Both the position numbers and the translations under genes were made by a program. DNA of 64,000 nucleotides. Origin: Eledone cirrhosa (lineage: Eukaryota). The notes under the pieces were generated by a model. It saw only the letters and a program-made list of their open reading frames with translations. It did no database searches and was not told the DNA's origin. The DNA lies in NCBI GenBank assembly GCA_964016885.1, contig OZ024743.1, forward strand, positions 134,354,001 through 134,418,000, given 5' to 3'. Numbering within the stretch: position 1 is the first letter of the stretch; the number at the start of each line of letters is the position of its first letter. Of this stretch, positions 29,410-45,700 are shown one piece after another.

Positions 29410-32400
29410 CCAAACACCAAGCACCAAGCACCACACACCAAATACCAAGCACCAAGCACTAAACACCAAACACCAAGCACCAAGCACCAATCACCAAGCA
29501 CCAAGCACTAAACACCAAACACCTAGCACCAAGCACCAAGCACCAAACACCAAGCACCAAGCACCAAGCACCAAACACCAAGCACCAAAGACCAATCCCC
29601 AAATACCAAGCACCAAGCACCAAACACTAATCACCAGGGACCAAGCACCAAACACCAAGAACCAAGCACCAAGCACTAAACACTAAACACCAAGCACCAA
29701 GCACCAAACACCAAACACCAAGCACCAAGTACCAAACTCCAAACACCAAACACCAAGCACCAAGCACCAAATCCCAAGCACCAAGCACCAAGCACCAATC
29801 ACCAAACACCAAACACCAAGCACCAAGCACCAAACACCAAAAACCAAGCACCAAGCACCAAGCACCAAACACCAAGCACCAAGCACCAAACACCAAACAG
29901 CAAGCACCAAGCACCAAACACCAAACACCAAGCACCAAGCACCACACACCAACTACCAAGCACCAAGCACTAAACACCAAACACCAAGCACCAAGCACCA
30001 AGCATCAAGCACCAAGCACCAAACACCAAGCACCAAGCACCAAGCACCAAACATAAAACAACAAGTACCAAGCACCAAACACCAAACACCAAACACCAAA
30101 CACCAAGCACAAAGCACCAAACACCAAACACCAAGCACCAAGCACCAGACACCAAGCACCAAGCACCAAGCACCAAGCACCAAAAACCAAGCACCAAGCA
30201 CCAAGGACCAAACACCAAGCACCAAACACCAAACACCAAGCACCAAGCACCAAACACCAAACACCAAGCACCAAACACCAAAAACCAAGCACCAATCACC
30301 AAACACCAAGCACCAAGCGCCAAACACCAAACACCAAACACCTAGCACCAAGCACCAAGCACCGAATCCCAAGCACCAAACACCAAGCACCAAGCACCAA
30401 GCACCAAGCACCAAGCACCAAACACCAATCACCAAGCCCGAAGCACCAAACACGAAGCACCAAGCACCAAACACCAAACACCAAGCACCATGCACCCAGA
30501 ACCAAGCACCAAGCACCAAACACCAAACACCAAGCACCAAGCACCAATCACCAAACACCAAGCACCAAACACCAAGCACCAAGCACCAAACACCATACAC
30601 CAAGCACCAAGCACCAAACACCAAAAACCAATCACCAAGCACCAAAGAGCAAACACCAAGCCCCAAGCACCAAACACCAAACACCAAACACCAAACAGCA
30701 AACACTAAACACCAAACACCAAACAGCAAACACGAAACACCAAATAGCAAACACCAAACACCAACCAGGAAACACCAAACAGCAAACACCAAACAGCAAA
30801 CGCCAAACAGCAAACATAAACACCAAACACCAAACACCAAGCACCAAGCACCAAGCACAAAACACCAAGCAACAAGCGCCAAGCACCAAACGCCAAACAC
30901 CAAACACCAAACAGCAAACACCAATCACCAAACACCAAACACCAAACACCAAACAGCAAACACGAAACAGCAAACACCAAACAGTAAACACCAAACAGCA
31001 AACACCAAACACCAAGCACCAAGCACCACACACCAAATACCAAGCACCAAGCACTAAACACCAAACACCAAGCACCAAGCACCAATCACCAAGCACCAAG
31101 CACTAAACACCAAACACCTAGCACCAAGCACCAAGCACCAAACACCAAGCACCAAGCACCAAGCACCAAACACCAAGCACCAAAGACCAATCCCCAAATA
31201 CCAAGCACCAAGCACCAAACACTAATCACCAGGGACCAAGCACCAAACACCAAGAACCAAGCACCAAGCACTAAACACTAAACACCAAGCACCAAGCACC
31301 AAACACCAAACACCAAGCACCAAGTACCAAACTCCAAACACCAAACACCAAGCACCAAGCACCAAATCCCAAGCACCAAACACCAAGCACCAATCACCAA
31401 ACACCAAACACCAAGCACCAAGCACCAAACACCAAAAACCAAGCACCAAGCACCAAGCACCAAACACCAAGCACCAAGCACCAAACACCAAACAGCAAGC
31501 ACCAAGCACCAAACACCAAACACCAAGCACCAAGCACCACACACCAACTACCAAGCACCAAGCACTAAACACCAAACACCAAGCACCAAGCACCAAGCAT
31601 CAAGCACCAAGCACCAAACACCAAGCACCAAGCACCAAGCACCAAACATAAAACAACAAGTACCAAGCACCAAACACCAAACACCAAACACCAAACACCA
31701 AGCACAAAGCACCAAACACCAAACACCAAGCACCAAGCACCATACACCAAGCACCAAGCACCAAGCACCAAGCACCAAAAACCAAGCACCAAGCACCAAG
31801 GACCAAACACCAAGCACCAAACACCAAACACCAAGCACCAAGCACCAAACACCAAACACCAAGCACCAAACACCAAACACCAAGCACCAAGCGCCAAACA
31901 CCAAACACCAAACACCTAGCACCAAGCACCAAGCACCGAATCCCAAGCACCAAACACCAAGCACCAAGCACCAAGCACCAAGCACCAAGCACCAAACACC
32001 AATCACCAAGCCCGAAGCACCAAACACGAAGCACCAAGCACCAAACACCAAACACCAAGCACCATGCACCCAGAACCAAGCACCAAGCACCAAACACCAA
32101 ACACCAAGCACCAAGCACCAATCACCAAACACCAAGCACCAAACACCAAGCACCAAGCACCAAACACCATACACCAAGCACCAAGCACCAAACACCAAAA
32201 ACCAATCACCAAGCACCAAAGAGCAAACACCAAGCCCCAAGCACCAAACACCAAACACCAAACACCAAACAGCAAACACTAAACACCAAACACCAAACAG
32301 CAAACACGAAACACCAAATAGCAAACACCAAACACCAACCAGGAAACACCAAACAGCAAACACCAAACAGCAAACGCCAAACAGCAAACATAAACACCAA

Positions 32401-32560
32401 ACACCAAACACCAAGCACAAAGCACCAAGCACAAAACACCAAGCAACAAGCGCCAAGCACCAAACGCCAAACACCAAACACCAAACAGCAAACACCAATC
32501 ACCAAACACCAAACACCAAACACCAAACAGCAAACACGAAACAGCAAACACCAAACAGTA
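29410..32560. repeat. Tandem duplication, unit ~1574-1595 bp
   Basis: ORF pairs 29491..29676/31086..31271 (1595) and 30490..30708/32064..32282 (1574). Shared GACCAAT-CCCCAAA, double CACTAAA and CACCGAA-TCCCAAG markers. Confidence 0.88.
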
Positions 32561-32599
32561 AACACGAAACAGCAAACACCAAACAGCAAACACCAAACA

Positions 32600-34720
32600 C
32601 CAAACACCAAACACCAAGCACCAAGCACCAAACACCAAGCACCAAGCAACAAGCACCAATCACCAAGCACCAAGCACTAAACACCAAACACCTAGCACCA
32701 AGCACCAAGCACCAAACACCAAGCACCAAGCACCAAGCACCAAGCACCAAACACCAAGCACCAAAGACCAAGCCCCAAATACCAAGCACCAAGCACCAAA
32801 CACCAGTCACCAGGCACCAAGCACCAAACACCAACAACCAAGCACCAAGCACTAAACACCAAACACCAAGCACCAAGCACCAAACACCAAACACCAAGCA
32901 CCAAGTACCAAACTCCAAACACCAAACACCAAGCACCAAGCACCAAATCCCAAGCACCAAACACCAGGCACCAATCACCAAACACCAAACACCAAGCACC
33001 AAGCACCAAACACCCAAAACCAAGCACCAAGCACCAAGCACCAAACACCAAACACTGAACACCAAGTACCAAGCACCAAACACCAAGCACCAAGCGCCAA
33101 AGACCAAACACCAAGCACCAAGCACGAAACACCAAGCACCAAGCACCGAGCACCAAACACCAAGTACCAGGCACCAATCAACAAACACCAAGCACCAAGC
33201 ACCAAATACCAGACAGCAAGCACCAAGCACCAAACACCAAACACCAAGCACCAAGCACCAAACACCTAGCACCAAGCACCAAGCACCGAATCCCAAGCAC
33301 CAAACACCAAGCACCAAGCACCAAGCACCAAGCACCAAGCAACAAACACCAATCACCAAGCCCGAAGCACCAAACACGAAGCACCAAGCACCAAACACCA
33401 AACACCAAGCACCATGCACCCAGAACCAAGCACCAAGCACCAAACACCAAACACCAAGCACCAAGCACCAATCACCAAACACCAAGCACCAAGCACCAAG
33501 CACCAAGCACCAAACACCATACACCAAGCACCAATCACCAAACACCAAGCACCAAACACCAAGCACCAAGCACCAAACACCATACACCAAGCACCAAGCA
33601 CCAAACACCAAAAACCAATCACCAAGCACCAAAGAGCAAACACCAAGCCCCAAGCACCAAACACCAAACACCAAACACCAAACAGCAAACACTAAACACC
33701 AAACACCAAACAGCAAACACGAAACACCAAATAGCAAACACCAAACACCAACCAGGAAACACCAAACAGCAAACACCAAACAGCAAACGCCAAACAGCAA
33801 ACATAAACACCAAACACCAAACACCAAGCACCAAGCACCAAGCACAAAACACCAAGCAACAAGCGCCAAGCACCAAACGCCAAACACCAAACACCAAACA
33901 GCAAACACCAATCACCAAACACCAGACTCCAAACACCAAACAGCAAACACCAAACACCAAACAGCAAACACCAAACACCAAACACCAAACAGCAAACACG
34001 AAACAGCAAACACCAAACAGTAAACACCAAACAGCAAACACCAAACAGCAAACAGCAAACACCAAACACCAAACACCAAGCACCAAGTACCAAACACCAA
34101 GCACCAAGCAACAAGCACCAATCACCAAGCACCAAGCACTAAACACCAAACACCTAGCACCAAGCACCAAGCACCAAACACCAAGCACCAAGCACCAAGC
34201 ACCAAGCACCAAACACCAAGCACCAAAGACCAAGCCCCAAATACCAAGCAACAAGCACCAAACACCAGTCACCAGGCACCAAGCACCAAACACCAACAAC
34301 CAAGCACCAAGCACTAAACACCAAACACCAAGCACCAAGCACCAAACACCAAACACCAAGCACCAAGTACAAAACTCCAAACACCAAACACCAAGCACCA
34401 AGCACCAAATCCCAAGCACCAAACACCAAGCACCAATCACCAAACACCAAACACCAAGCACCAAGCACCAAACACCCAAAACAAAGCACCAAGCACCAAG
34501 CACCAAACACCAAACACTGAACACCAAGTACCAAGCACCAAACACCAAGCACCAAGCGCCAAAGACCAAACACCAAGCACCAAGCACGAAACACCAAGCA
34601 CCAAGCACCGAGCACCAAACACCAAGTACCAGGCACCAATCAACAAACACCAAGCACCAAGCACCAAATACCAGACAGCAAGCACCAAGCACCAAACACC
34701 AAACACCAAGCACCAAGCAC
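32600..34720. repeat. Direct repeat at offset 1462 bp (~32600-33260 vs ~34060-34720)
   Basis: ORF pair 32692..33177/34154..34639. Shared CACCAGT-CACCAGG, CACTGAA, TACCAGG and TACCAGA-CAGCAAG markers. Confidence 0.82.
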
Positions 34721-34769
34721 CAAACACCAAGCACCAAGCGCCAAATACCAAACACCAAGCACCAAGCAC

Positions 34770-37700
34770 CAAACACCAAGCACCAACCACCAAGCACCAA
34801 ACACCAAGCACCAAGCACCAAACACCAAGCACCAATCACCAAACAGCAAACACCAAGCACCAAACACCAAACACCAAGCACCAAGCACCAAACACCAAGC
34901 ACCAAGCACCAAACACCAGGCACCAAGCACCAAACACCAAAAACCAATCACCAAGCACCAAAGAGCAAACACCAAGCCCCAAACACCAAACACCAAACAC
35001 CAAACACCAAATAGCAAACACTAAACACCAAACACCAAACAGCAAACACAAAACACCAAATAGCAAATACCAAACAGCAAACACCAAACACCAAACAGCA
35101 AACACCAAACACCAACCAGGAAACACCAAACACCAAGCACCAAGCCCCAAGCACCAAACACCAAGCACCAAGCACCAAACACCAAGCACCAAGCACCATG
35201 CACCAAACACCAAGCACCAAGCACCAAACAGCAAACACCAAACAGCAAACACCAAACACCAAACACCAACCAGCAAACACCAAGCACCAAACACCAAACA
35301 CCAAGCACCAAGCACCAAACACCAAACACCAAGCACCAAGCACCACACACCAAATACCAAGCACCAAGCACTAAACACCAAACACCAAGCACCAAGCACC
35401 AAGCATCAAGCACCAAGCACCAAACACCAACCACCAAGCACCAAGCACCAAACACAAAACAACAAGTACCAAGCACCAAACACCAAACACCAAACACCAA
35501 ACACCAAGCACCAAGCACCAGACACCAAGCACCAAGCACCAAGCACCAAGCACCAAAAACCAAGCACCAAGCTCCAAGCACCAAACACCAAGCACCAACC
35601 ACCAAGCACCAAACACCAAGCACCAGGCACCAAGCACCAAGCACCAAGCACCAAACACCAAGCACCAAGCACCAAACAGCAAACACCAAGCACCAAACAC
35701 CAAACACCAAGCACCAAGCAACAAACACCAAACACCAAGCACCAAACACCAAGCACCAAGCCCCAAGCACCAAACACCAAGCACCAAGCACCAAACACCA
35801 AGCACCAAGCACCAAGCACCAAGCACCAAGCACCAAGCACCAAACACCAATCACCAAGCCCCAAGCACCAAACACCAAGCACCCAGCACCAAACACCAAA
35901 CACCAAGCACCAAGCACCCAGAACAAAGCACGAAGCACCAAACACCAAGCACCAAGCACCAAGCACCAAGCACCAAGCACCAAACACCAATCACCAAGCC
36001 CCAAGCACCAAACACCAAGCACCAAGCACCAAACACCAAACACCAAGCACCAAGCACCCAGAACCAAGCACCAAGCACCAAACACCAAACACCAAGCACC
36101 AAGCACCAAACACCAAACACCAAGCACCAAGCACCAAGCACCAAGCAAAAAACACCATACACCAAGCACCAAGGACCAAACACCAAAAACCAATCACCAA
36201 GCACCAAAGAGCAAACACCAAGCCCCAAGCACCAAACACCAAACACCAAACACCAAATAGCAAACACTAAACACCAAACACCAAACAGCAAACACAAAAC
36301 ACTAAATAGCGAACACCAAACAGCAAACACCAAACACCAAACAGCAAACACCAAACACCAACCAGGAAACACCAACCAGGAAACACCAAACACCAAGCAC
36401 CAAGCCCCAAGCACCAAACACCAAGCACCAAGCACCAAACACCAAGCACCATGCACCAAGCACCATGCACCAAACACCAAGCACCAAGCACCAAACAGCA
36501 AACACCAAACAGCAAACACCCAACACCAAACACCAACCAGCAAACACCAAACACCAAACACCAAACAGCAAACACCAAACACCAAACACCAAGCACCAAG
36601 CACCCAGAACCAAGCACCAAGCACCAAACACCAAACACCAACCACCAAGCACCAGGCCCAAACACCAAGCACCAATCACCAAGCACCAAGCACCAAGCAA
36701 CAAACACAAAGCACCAATCACCAAGCACCGAGCACCAAGCACCAAGCACCAAGCACCAAACACCAAGCACCAAGCACTAAACACCAAGCACCAAGCACCA
36801 ATCACCAAACACCAAGCACCAAGCACCAAACACCAAACAGCAAGCACCAAGCACCAAACACCAAACACCAAGTACCAAGCCCAAAGCACCAAACACCAAG
36901 CACCTAGCAGCAAGCACCAAACACCAAACACCAAGCACCAAGCACCAAGCACCAAGCACCAAGCACCAAGCACCAAGCACCAAACACCAATCACCAAGCC
37001 CCAAGCACCAAACACCAAGCACCAACCACCAAGCACCAAACACCAAGCACCAAGCACCAAACACCAAGCACCAATCACCAAACAGCAAACACCAAGCACC
37101 AAACACCAAACACCAAGCACCAAGCACCAAACACCAAGCACCAAGCACCAAACACCAGGCACCAAGCACCAAACACCAAAAACCAATCACCAAGCACCAA
37201 AGAGCAAACACCAAGCCCCAAACACCAAACACCAAACACCAAACACCAAATAGCAAACACTAAACACCAAACACCAAACAGCAAACACAAAACACCAAAT
37301 AGCAAATACCAAACAGCAAACACCAAACACCAAACAGCAAACACCAAACACCAACCAGGAAACACCAAACACCAAGCACCAAACACCAAGCACCAAGCCC
37401 CAAGCACCAAACACCAAGCACCAAGCACCAAACACCAAGCACCAAGCACCATGCACCAAACACCAAGCACCAAGCACCAAACAGCAAACACCAAACAGCA
37501 AACACCAAACACCAAACACCAACCAGCAAACACCAAGCACCAAACACCAAACACCAAGCACCAAGCACCAAACACCAAACACCAAGCACCAAGCACCACA
37601 CACCAAATACCAAGCACCAAGCACTAAACACCAAACACCAAGCACCAAGCACCAAGCATCAAGCACCAAGCACCAAACACCAACCACCAAGCACCAAGCA

Positions 37701-39250
37701 CCAAACACAAAACAACAAGTACCAAGCACCAAACACCAAACACCAAACACCAAACACCAAGCACCAAGCACCAGACACCAAGCACCAAGCACCAAGCACC
37801 AAGCACCAAAAACCAAGCACCAAGCTCCAAGCACCAAACACCAAGCACCAACCACCAAGCACCAAACACCAAGCACCAGGCACCAAGCACCAAGCACCAA
37901 GCACCAAACACCAAGCACCAAGCACCAAACAGCAAACACCAAGCACCAAACACCAAACACCAAGCACCAAGCAACAAACACCAAACACCAAGCACCAAAC
38001 ACCAAGCACCAAGCCCCAAGCACCAAACACCAAGCACCAAGCACCAAACACCAAGCACCAAGCACCAAGCACCAAGCACCAAGCACCAAACACCAATCAC
38101 CAAGCCCCAAGCACCAAACACCAAGCACCCAGCACCAAACACCAAACACCAAGCACCAAGCACCCAGAACAAAGCACGAAGCACCAAACACCAAGCACCA
38201 AGCACCAAGCACCAAGCACCAAGCACCAAACACCAATCACCAAGCCCCAAGCACCAAACACCAAGCACCAAGCACCAAACACCAAACACCAAGCACCAAG
38301 CACCCAGAACCAAGCACCAAGCACCAAACACCAAACACCAAACACCAAGCACCAAACACCAAACACCAAGCACCAAGCACCAAGCACCAAGCAAAAAACA
38401 CCATACACCAAGCACCAAGGACCAAACACCAAAAACCAATCACCAAGCACCAAAGAGCAAACACCAAGCCCCAAGCACCAAACACCAAACACCAAACACC
38501 AAATAGCAAACACTAAACACCAAACACCAAACAGCAAACACAAAACACTAAATAGCGAACACCAAACAGCAAACACCAAACACCAAACAGCAAACACCAA
38601 ACACCAAACAGGAAACACTAACCAGGAAACACCAAACACCAAGCACCAAGCCCCAAGCACCAAACACCAAGCACCAAGCACCAAACACCAAGCACCATGC
38701 ACCAAGCACCATGCACCAAACACCAAGCACCAAGCACCAAACAGCAAACACCAAACAGCAAACACCCAACACTAAACACCAACCAGCAAACACCAAACAC
38801 CAAACACCAAACAGCAAACACCAAACACCAAACACCAAGCACCAAGCACCCAGAACCAAGCACCAAGCACCAAACACCAAACACCAACCACCAAGCACCA
38901 GGCCCAAACACCAAGCACCAATCACCAAGCACCAAGCACCAAGCAACAAACACAAAGCACCAATCACCAAGCACCGAGCACCAAGCACCAAGCACCAAGC
39001 ACCAAACACCAAGCACCAAGCACTAAACACCAAGCACCAAGCACCAATCACCAAACACCAAGCACCAAGCACCAAACACCAAACAGCAAGCACCAAGCAC
39101 CAAACACCAAACACCAAGTACCAAGCCCAAAGCACCAAACACCAAGCACCTAGCAGCAAGCACCAAACACCAAACACCAAGCACCAAGCACCAAGCACCA
39201 AGCACCAAGCACCAAGCACCAAGCACCAAACACCAATCACCAAGCCCCAA
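34770..39250. repeat. Tandem duplication, unit ~2239-2253 bp (copy 1 ~34770-37010, copy 2 ~37010-39250)
   Basis: ORF pairs 35991..36263/38237..38509, 36451/38697 and 36302..37186/38548..39432 (all offset 2246). Shared CAAAAAA, TAGCGAA, CACCAGG-CCCAAA and CACCTAG-CAGCAAG markers. Confidence 0.9.
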
Positions 39251-42200
39251 GCACCAAACACCAAGCACCAAGCGCCAAACACCAAACACCAAGCACCAAG
39301 CACCCAGAACCAAGCACCAAGCACCAAACACCAAACACCAACCACCAAGCACCAAACACCAAACACCAAGCACCAAGCACCAAGCACCAAGCACCAAACA
39401 CCAAACACCAAACACCAAACACCAAGGACCAATCACCAAACACCAAGCACCAAGCACCAAACACCAAACACCAAACACCTAGCACCAAGCACCAAGCACC
39501 AAACACCAAGCACCAAACACCAAGCACCAAGCACCAAGCACCAAGCACCAAGCACCAAACACCAATCACCAAGCCCCAAGCACCAAAGACTAAGCACCCA
39601 GCACCATACACCAAACACCAAGCACCAAGCACCCAGAACAAAGCACCAAGCACCAAACACCAAACACCAAACACCAAACACCAAGCACCAAGCACCAGAC
39701 ACCAAGCACCAAGCACCAAGCACCAAGCACCAAAGACCAAGCACCAAGCTCCAAGCACCAAACACCAAGCACCAAACACCAAACACCAAGCACCAAGCAC
39801 CAAACACCAAGCACCAAGCGCCAAACACCAAACTCCAAGCACCAAGCACCAAACACCAAGCACCAACCACCAAGCACCAAACACCAAGCACCAGGCACCA
39901 AGCACCAAGCACCAAGCACCAAGCACCAAACACCAAGCACCAAGAACCAAAGAGCAAACACCAAGCACCAAACACCAAACACCAAGCACCAAGCAACAAA
40001 TACCAAACACCAAGCACCAAACACCAATCACCAAGCCCCAAGCACCAAACACAAAGCACCAAGCACCAAACACCAAGCACCAAGCACCAAGCACCATGCA
40101 CCAAACACCAAGCACCAAGCACCAAACAGCAAACACCAAACAGCAAACACCAAACAGCAAACACCAAACAGCAAACACCAAACACCAAACACCAAACAGC
40201 AAACGCCAAAAAGCAAACGCCAAACTCCAAACGCCAAACAGCAAATGCCAAACCCCAAACGCCAAACAGCAAACGCCAAGCACCAAACACCAAACACCAA
40301 GCGCCAAGCACCAAACACCAAACACCAAGCACCAAGCACCAAACACCAAACACCAAGCACCAAGTACCAAACACCAAACACCAAGCACCAAACACCAAAC
40401 AGCAAACGCAAAAAAGCAAACGCCAAACCCCATACGCCAAACAGCAAATGCCAAACCCCAAATGCCAAACAGCAAACGCCAAGCACCAAACACCAAACAC
40501 CAAGCGCCAAGCACCAAGCACCAAGCACCAAGCACCAAGCACCAAGCACCAAACACCAAACACCAAGCACCAATCACCAAACACCAAACACCAAGCGCCA
40601 AACACCAAACACCAAACACCTAGCACCAATCACCAATCACCAAACAGCAAGCACCAAACGCCAAGCACCAAGCACCAAGCACCAAGCACCAAGCACCAAA
40701 CACCAATCACCAAGCCCCAAGCACCAAACACCAAGCACCCAGCACCAAACACCAAACACCAAGCACCAAGCACCCAGAACAAAGCACCATGCACCAAACA
40801 CCAAGCACCAAGCACCAAGCACCAAGCACCAAACACCAATCACCAAGCCCCAAACACCAAACACCAAGCACCAAGCACCCAGAACCAAGCACCAAGCACC
40901 AAACACCAAACACCAAGCACCAAGCACCAAACACCAAACACCAAGCACCAAGCACCAAGCACCAAGCACCAAACACCATACACCAAGCACCAAGGACCAA
41001 ACACCAAAAACCAATCACCAAGCACCAAAGAGCAAACACCAAGCCCCAAGCACCAAACACCAAACACCAAACACCAAATAGCAAACACTAAACACCAAAC
41101 ACCAAACAGCAAACACAAAACACCAAAAAGCAAACACCAAACAGCAAACACCAAACACCAAACAGCAAACACCAAACACCAACCAGGAAACACCAACCAG
41201 GAAACACCAAACACCAAGCACCAAGCCCCAAGCACCAAACACCAAGCACCAAGCACCAAACACCAAGCACCATGCACCAAGCACCATGCACCAAACACCA
41301 AGCACCAAGCACCAAACAGCAAACACCAAACAGTAAACACCAAACACCAAACACCAACCAGCAAACACCAAACACCAAACACCAAACAGCAAACACCAAA
41401 CAGCAAACACCAAACAGCAAACACCAAACACCAAACACCAAACAGCAAACGCCAAAAAGCAAACGCCAAACTCCAAACGCCAAACAGCAAACGCCAAGGA
41501 CCAAACACCAAACACCAAGCGCCAAGCACCAAACACCAAACACCAAGCACCAAGTACCACACATCAAACACCGAGCACCAAACATCAAACACCAGGCCCA
41601 AACACCAAGCACCAATCACCAAGCACCAAGCACCAAGCAACAAACATAAAGCACCAATCACCAAGCACCGAGCACCAAGCACCAAGCACCAAGCACCAAA
41701 CACCAAGCACCAAACACTAAACACCAAGCACCAAGCACCAATCACCAAACACCAAGCACCAAGCACCAAGCACCAAACACCAAACAGCAAGCACCAAGCA
41801 ACAAACACCAAACACCAAGTACCAAGCCCAAAGCACCAAACACCAAGCACCTAGCAGCAAGCCCCAAACACCAAACACCAAGCACCAAGCACCAAGCACC
41901 AAGCACCAAGCACCAAGCACCAAGCACCAAACACCAATCACCAAGCCCCAAGCACCAAACACCAAGCACCAAGCACCAAACACCAAACACCAAGCACCAA
42001 GCACCCAGAACCAAGCACCAAGCACCAAACACCAAACACCAACCACCAAGCACCAAACACCAAACACCAAGCACCAAGCACCTAGCACCAAGCACCAAAC
42101 ACCAAACACCAAACACCAAACACCAAGGACCAATCACCAAACACCAAGCACCAAGCACCAAACACCAAACACCAAACACCTAGCACCAAGCACCAAGCAC

Positions 42201-42779
42201 CAAACACCAAGCACCAAACACCAAGCACAAAGCACCAAGCACCAAGCACCAAACACCAATCACCAAGCCCCAAGCACCAAACACCAAGCACCCAGCACCA
42301 TACACCAAACACCAAGCACCAAGCACCCAGAACAAAGCACCAAGCACCAAATACCAAACACCAAGCTCCAAGCACCAAACACCAAACACGAAGCACCATG
42401 CACCAAGCACCAAGCACCAAACACCAAACACCAAGCACCAAGCACCAAACACCAAACACCAAGCACCAATCACCATACACCAAGCACCAAGCACCAAACA
42501 CCAAACACCAAGCACCAATCACCATACACCTAGCACCAAGCACCAAGCACCAAACACCAAGCACCAAACACCAAGCACCATGCACCAAGCACCAAGCACC
42601 AAGCACCAAACACCAATCACCAAGCCCCAAGCACCAAACACCAAGCACCAAGCACCAAACACCAAACACCAAGCACCAAGCACCCAGAACCAAGCACCAA
42701 GCACCAAACACCAAACACAAAGCACCAAGCACCAAACACCAAACACCAAGCACCAAGCACCAAGCACCAAGTACCAAAC

Positions 42780-45700
42780 ACCATACACCAAGCACCAAGC
42801 ACCAAACACCAAAAACCAATCACCAAGCACCAAAGAGCAAACACCAAGCCCCAAGCACCAAACAACAAACACCAAACACCAAAAAGCAAACACTAAACAC
42901 AAAACACCAAACAGCAAACACAAAACACCAAATAGCAAACACCAAACACCAACCAGGAAACACCAAACAGCAAACACCAAACAGCAAACGCCAAACAGCA
43001 AACACAAACACCAAACACCAAACACCAAGCACCAAGCACCAAGCACAAAACACCAAGCACCAAGCGCCAAGCACCAAACACCAAACACCAAACACCAAAC
43101 AGCAAACACCAATCACCAAACACCAGACACCAAACACCAAACAGCAAACACCAAACACCAAACAGCAAACACCAAACACCAAACACCAAACAGCAAACAC
43201 CAAACAGCAAACACCAAACACCAAACACCAAACAGCAAACACTCAAACAGCAAACAGCAAACACCAAACTCCAAACACCAAGCACCAAGCACCAAACACC
43301 AAGCACCAAGCAACAAGCACCAATCACCAAGCACCAAGCACTAAAAACCAAACACCTAGCACCAAGCACCAAGCACCAAACACCAAGCACCAAGCACCAA
43401 GCACAAAACACCAAGCACCAAAGACCAAGCCCCAAATACCAAGCACCAAGCACCAAACACTAATCACCAGGGACCAAGCACCAAACACCAAGAACCAAGC
43501 ACCAAGCACTAAACACCAAACACCAAGCACCAAGCACCAAACACCAAACACCAAGCACCAAGTACCAAACTCCAAACACCAAACACCAAGCACCAAGCAC
43601 CAAATCCCAAGCACCAAACACCAAGCACCAATCACCAAACACCAAACACCAAGCGCCAAGCACCAAACACCAAGCACCAAGCACGAAACACCAAGCACCA
43701 AGCACCGAGCACCAAACACCAAGTACCAAGCACCAATCACCAAACACCAAGCACCAAGCACCAAACACCAAACAGCAAGCACCAAGCACCAAGCACCAAA
43801 CATAAAACAACAAGTACCAAGCACCAAACACCAAACACCAAACACCAAACACCAAGCACAAAGCACCAAACACCAAACACCAAGCACCAAGCACCAGACA
43901 CCAAGCACCAAGCACCAAGCACCAAGCACCACAAACCAAGCACCAAGCTCCAAGGACCAAACACCAAGCACCAAACACCAAACACAAAGCACCAAGCACC
44001 AAACACCAAACACCAAGCACCAAGCACCAAACACCATACACCAAGCACCAATCACCAAACACCAAGCACCAAGCGCCAAACACCAAACACCAAACACCTA
44101 GCACCAAGCACCAAGCACCGAACACCAAGCACCAAACACCAAGCACCAAGCACCAAGCACCAAGCACCAAACACCAATCACCAAGCCCCAAGCACCAAAC
44201 ACCAAGCACCAAGACCCAAACACCAAACACCAAGCACCATGCACCCAGAACCAAGCACCAAGCACCAAACACCAAACACCAAGCACCAAGCACCAAACAC
44301 CAAACACCAAGCACCAAGCACCAAACACTATACACCAAGCACCAAGCACCAAACACCAAAAACCAATCACCAAGCACCAAAGAGCAAACACCAAGCCCCA
44401 AGCACCAAACACCAAACACCAAACACCAAAAAGCAAACACTAAACACAAAACACCAAACAGCAAACACCAAACACCAAATAGCAAACACCAAACACCAAC
44501 CAGGAAACAGCAAACACCAAACAGCAAACGCCAGACAGCAAACACAAACACCAAACACCAAACACCAAGCACCAAGCACCAAGCACAAAACACCAAGCAC
44601 CAAGCGCCAAGCACCAAACACCAAACACCAAACACCAAACAGCAAACACCAATCACCAAACACCAGACACCAAACACCAAACAGCAAACACCAAACACCA
44701 AACAGCAAACACCAAACACCAAACACCAAACAGCAAACACGAAACAGCAAACACCAAACAGCAAACACCAAACAGCAAACAGCAAACACCAAACTCCAAA
44801 CACAAAGCACCAAGCACCAAACACCAAGCACCAAGCAACAAGCACCAATCACCAAGCACCAAGCACTAAACACCAAACACCTAGCACCAAGCAACAAGCA
44901 CCAAACACCAAGCACCAAGCACCAAGCACCAAACACCAAGCACCAAAGACCAAGCCCCAAATACCAAGCACCAAGCACCAAACACTAATAACCAGGGACC
45001 AAGCACCAAACACCAAGAACCAAGCACCAAGCACTAAACACCAAACACCAAGCACCAAACACCAAACACCAAGCACCAAGTACCAAACTCCAAACACCAA
45101 ACACCAAGCACCAAGCACCAAATCCCAAGCACCAAACACCAAGCACCAATCACCAAACACCAAACACCAAGCGCCAAGCACCAAACACCAAGCACCAAGC
45201 ACGAAACACCAAGCACCAAGCACCGAGCACCAAACACCAAGTACCAAGCACCAATCACCAAACACCAAGCACCAAGCACCAAACACCAAACAGCAAGCAC
45301 CAAGCACCAAGCACCAAACATAAAACAACAAGTACCAAGCACCAAACACCAAACACCAAACACCAAACACCAAGCACAAAGCACCAAACACCAAACACCA
45401 AGCACCAAGCACCAGACACCAAGCACCAAGCACCAAGCACCAAGCACCAAAAACCAAGCACCAAGCTCCAAGGACCAAACACCAAGCACCAAACACCAAA
45501 CACAAAGCACCAAGCACCAAACACCAAACACCAAGCACCAAGCACCAAACACCAAACACCAAGCACCAATCACCAAACACCAAGCACCAAGCGCCAAACA
45601 CCAAACACCAAACACCTAGCACCAAGCACCAAGCACCGAACACCAAGCACCAAACACCAAGCACCAAGCACCAAACACCAAGCACCAAGACCCAAACACC

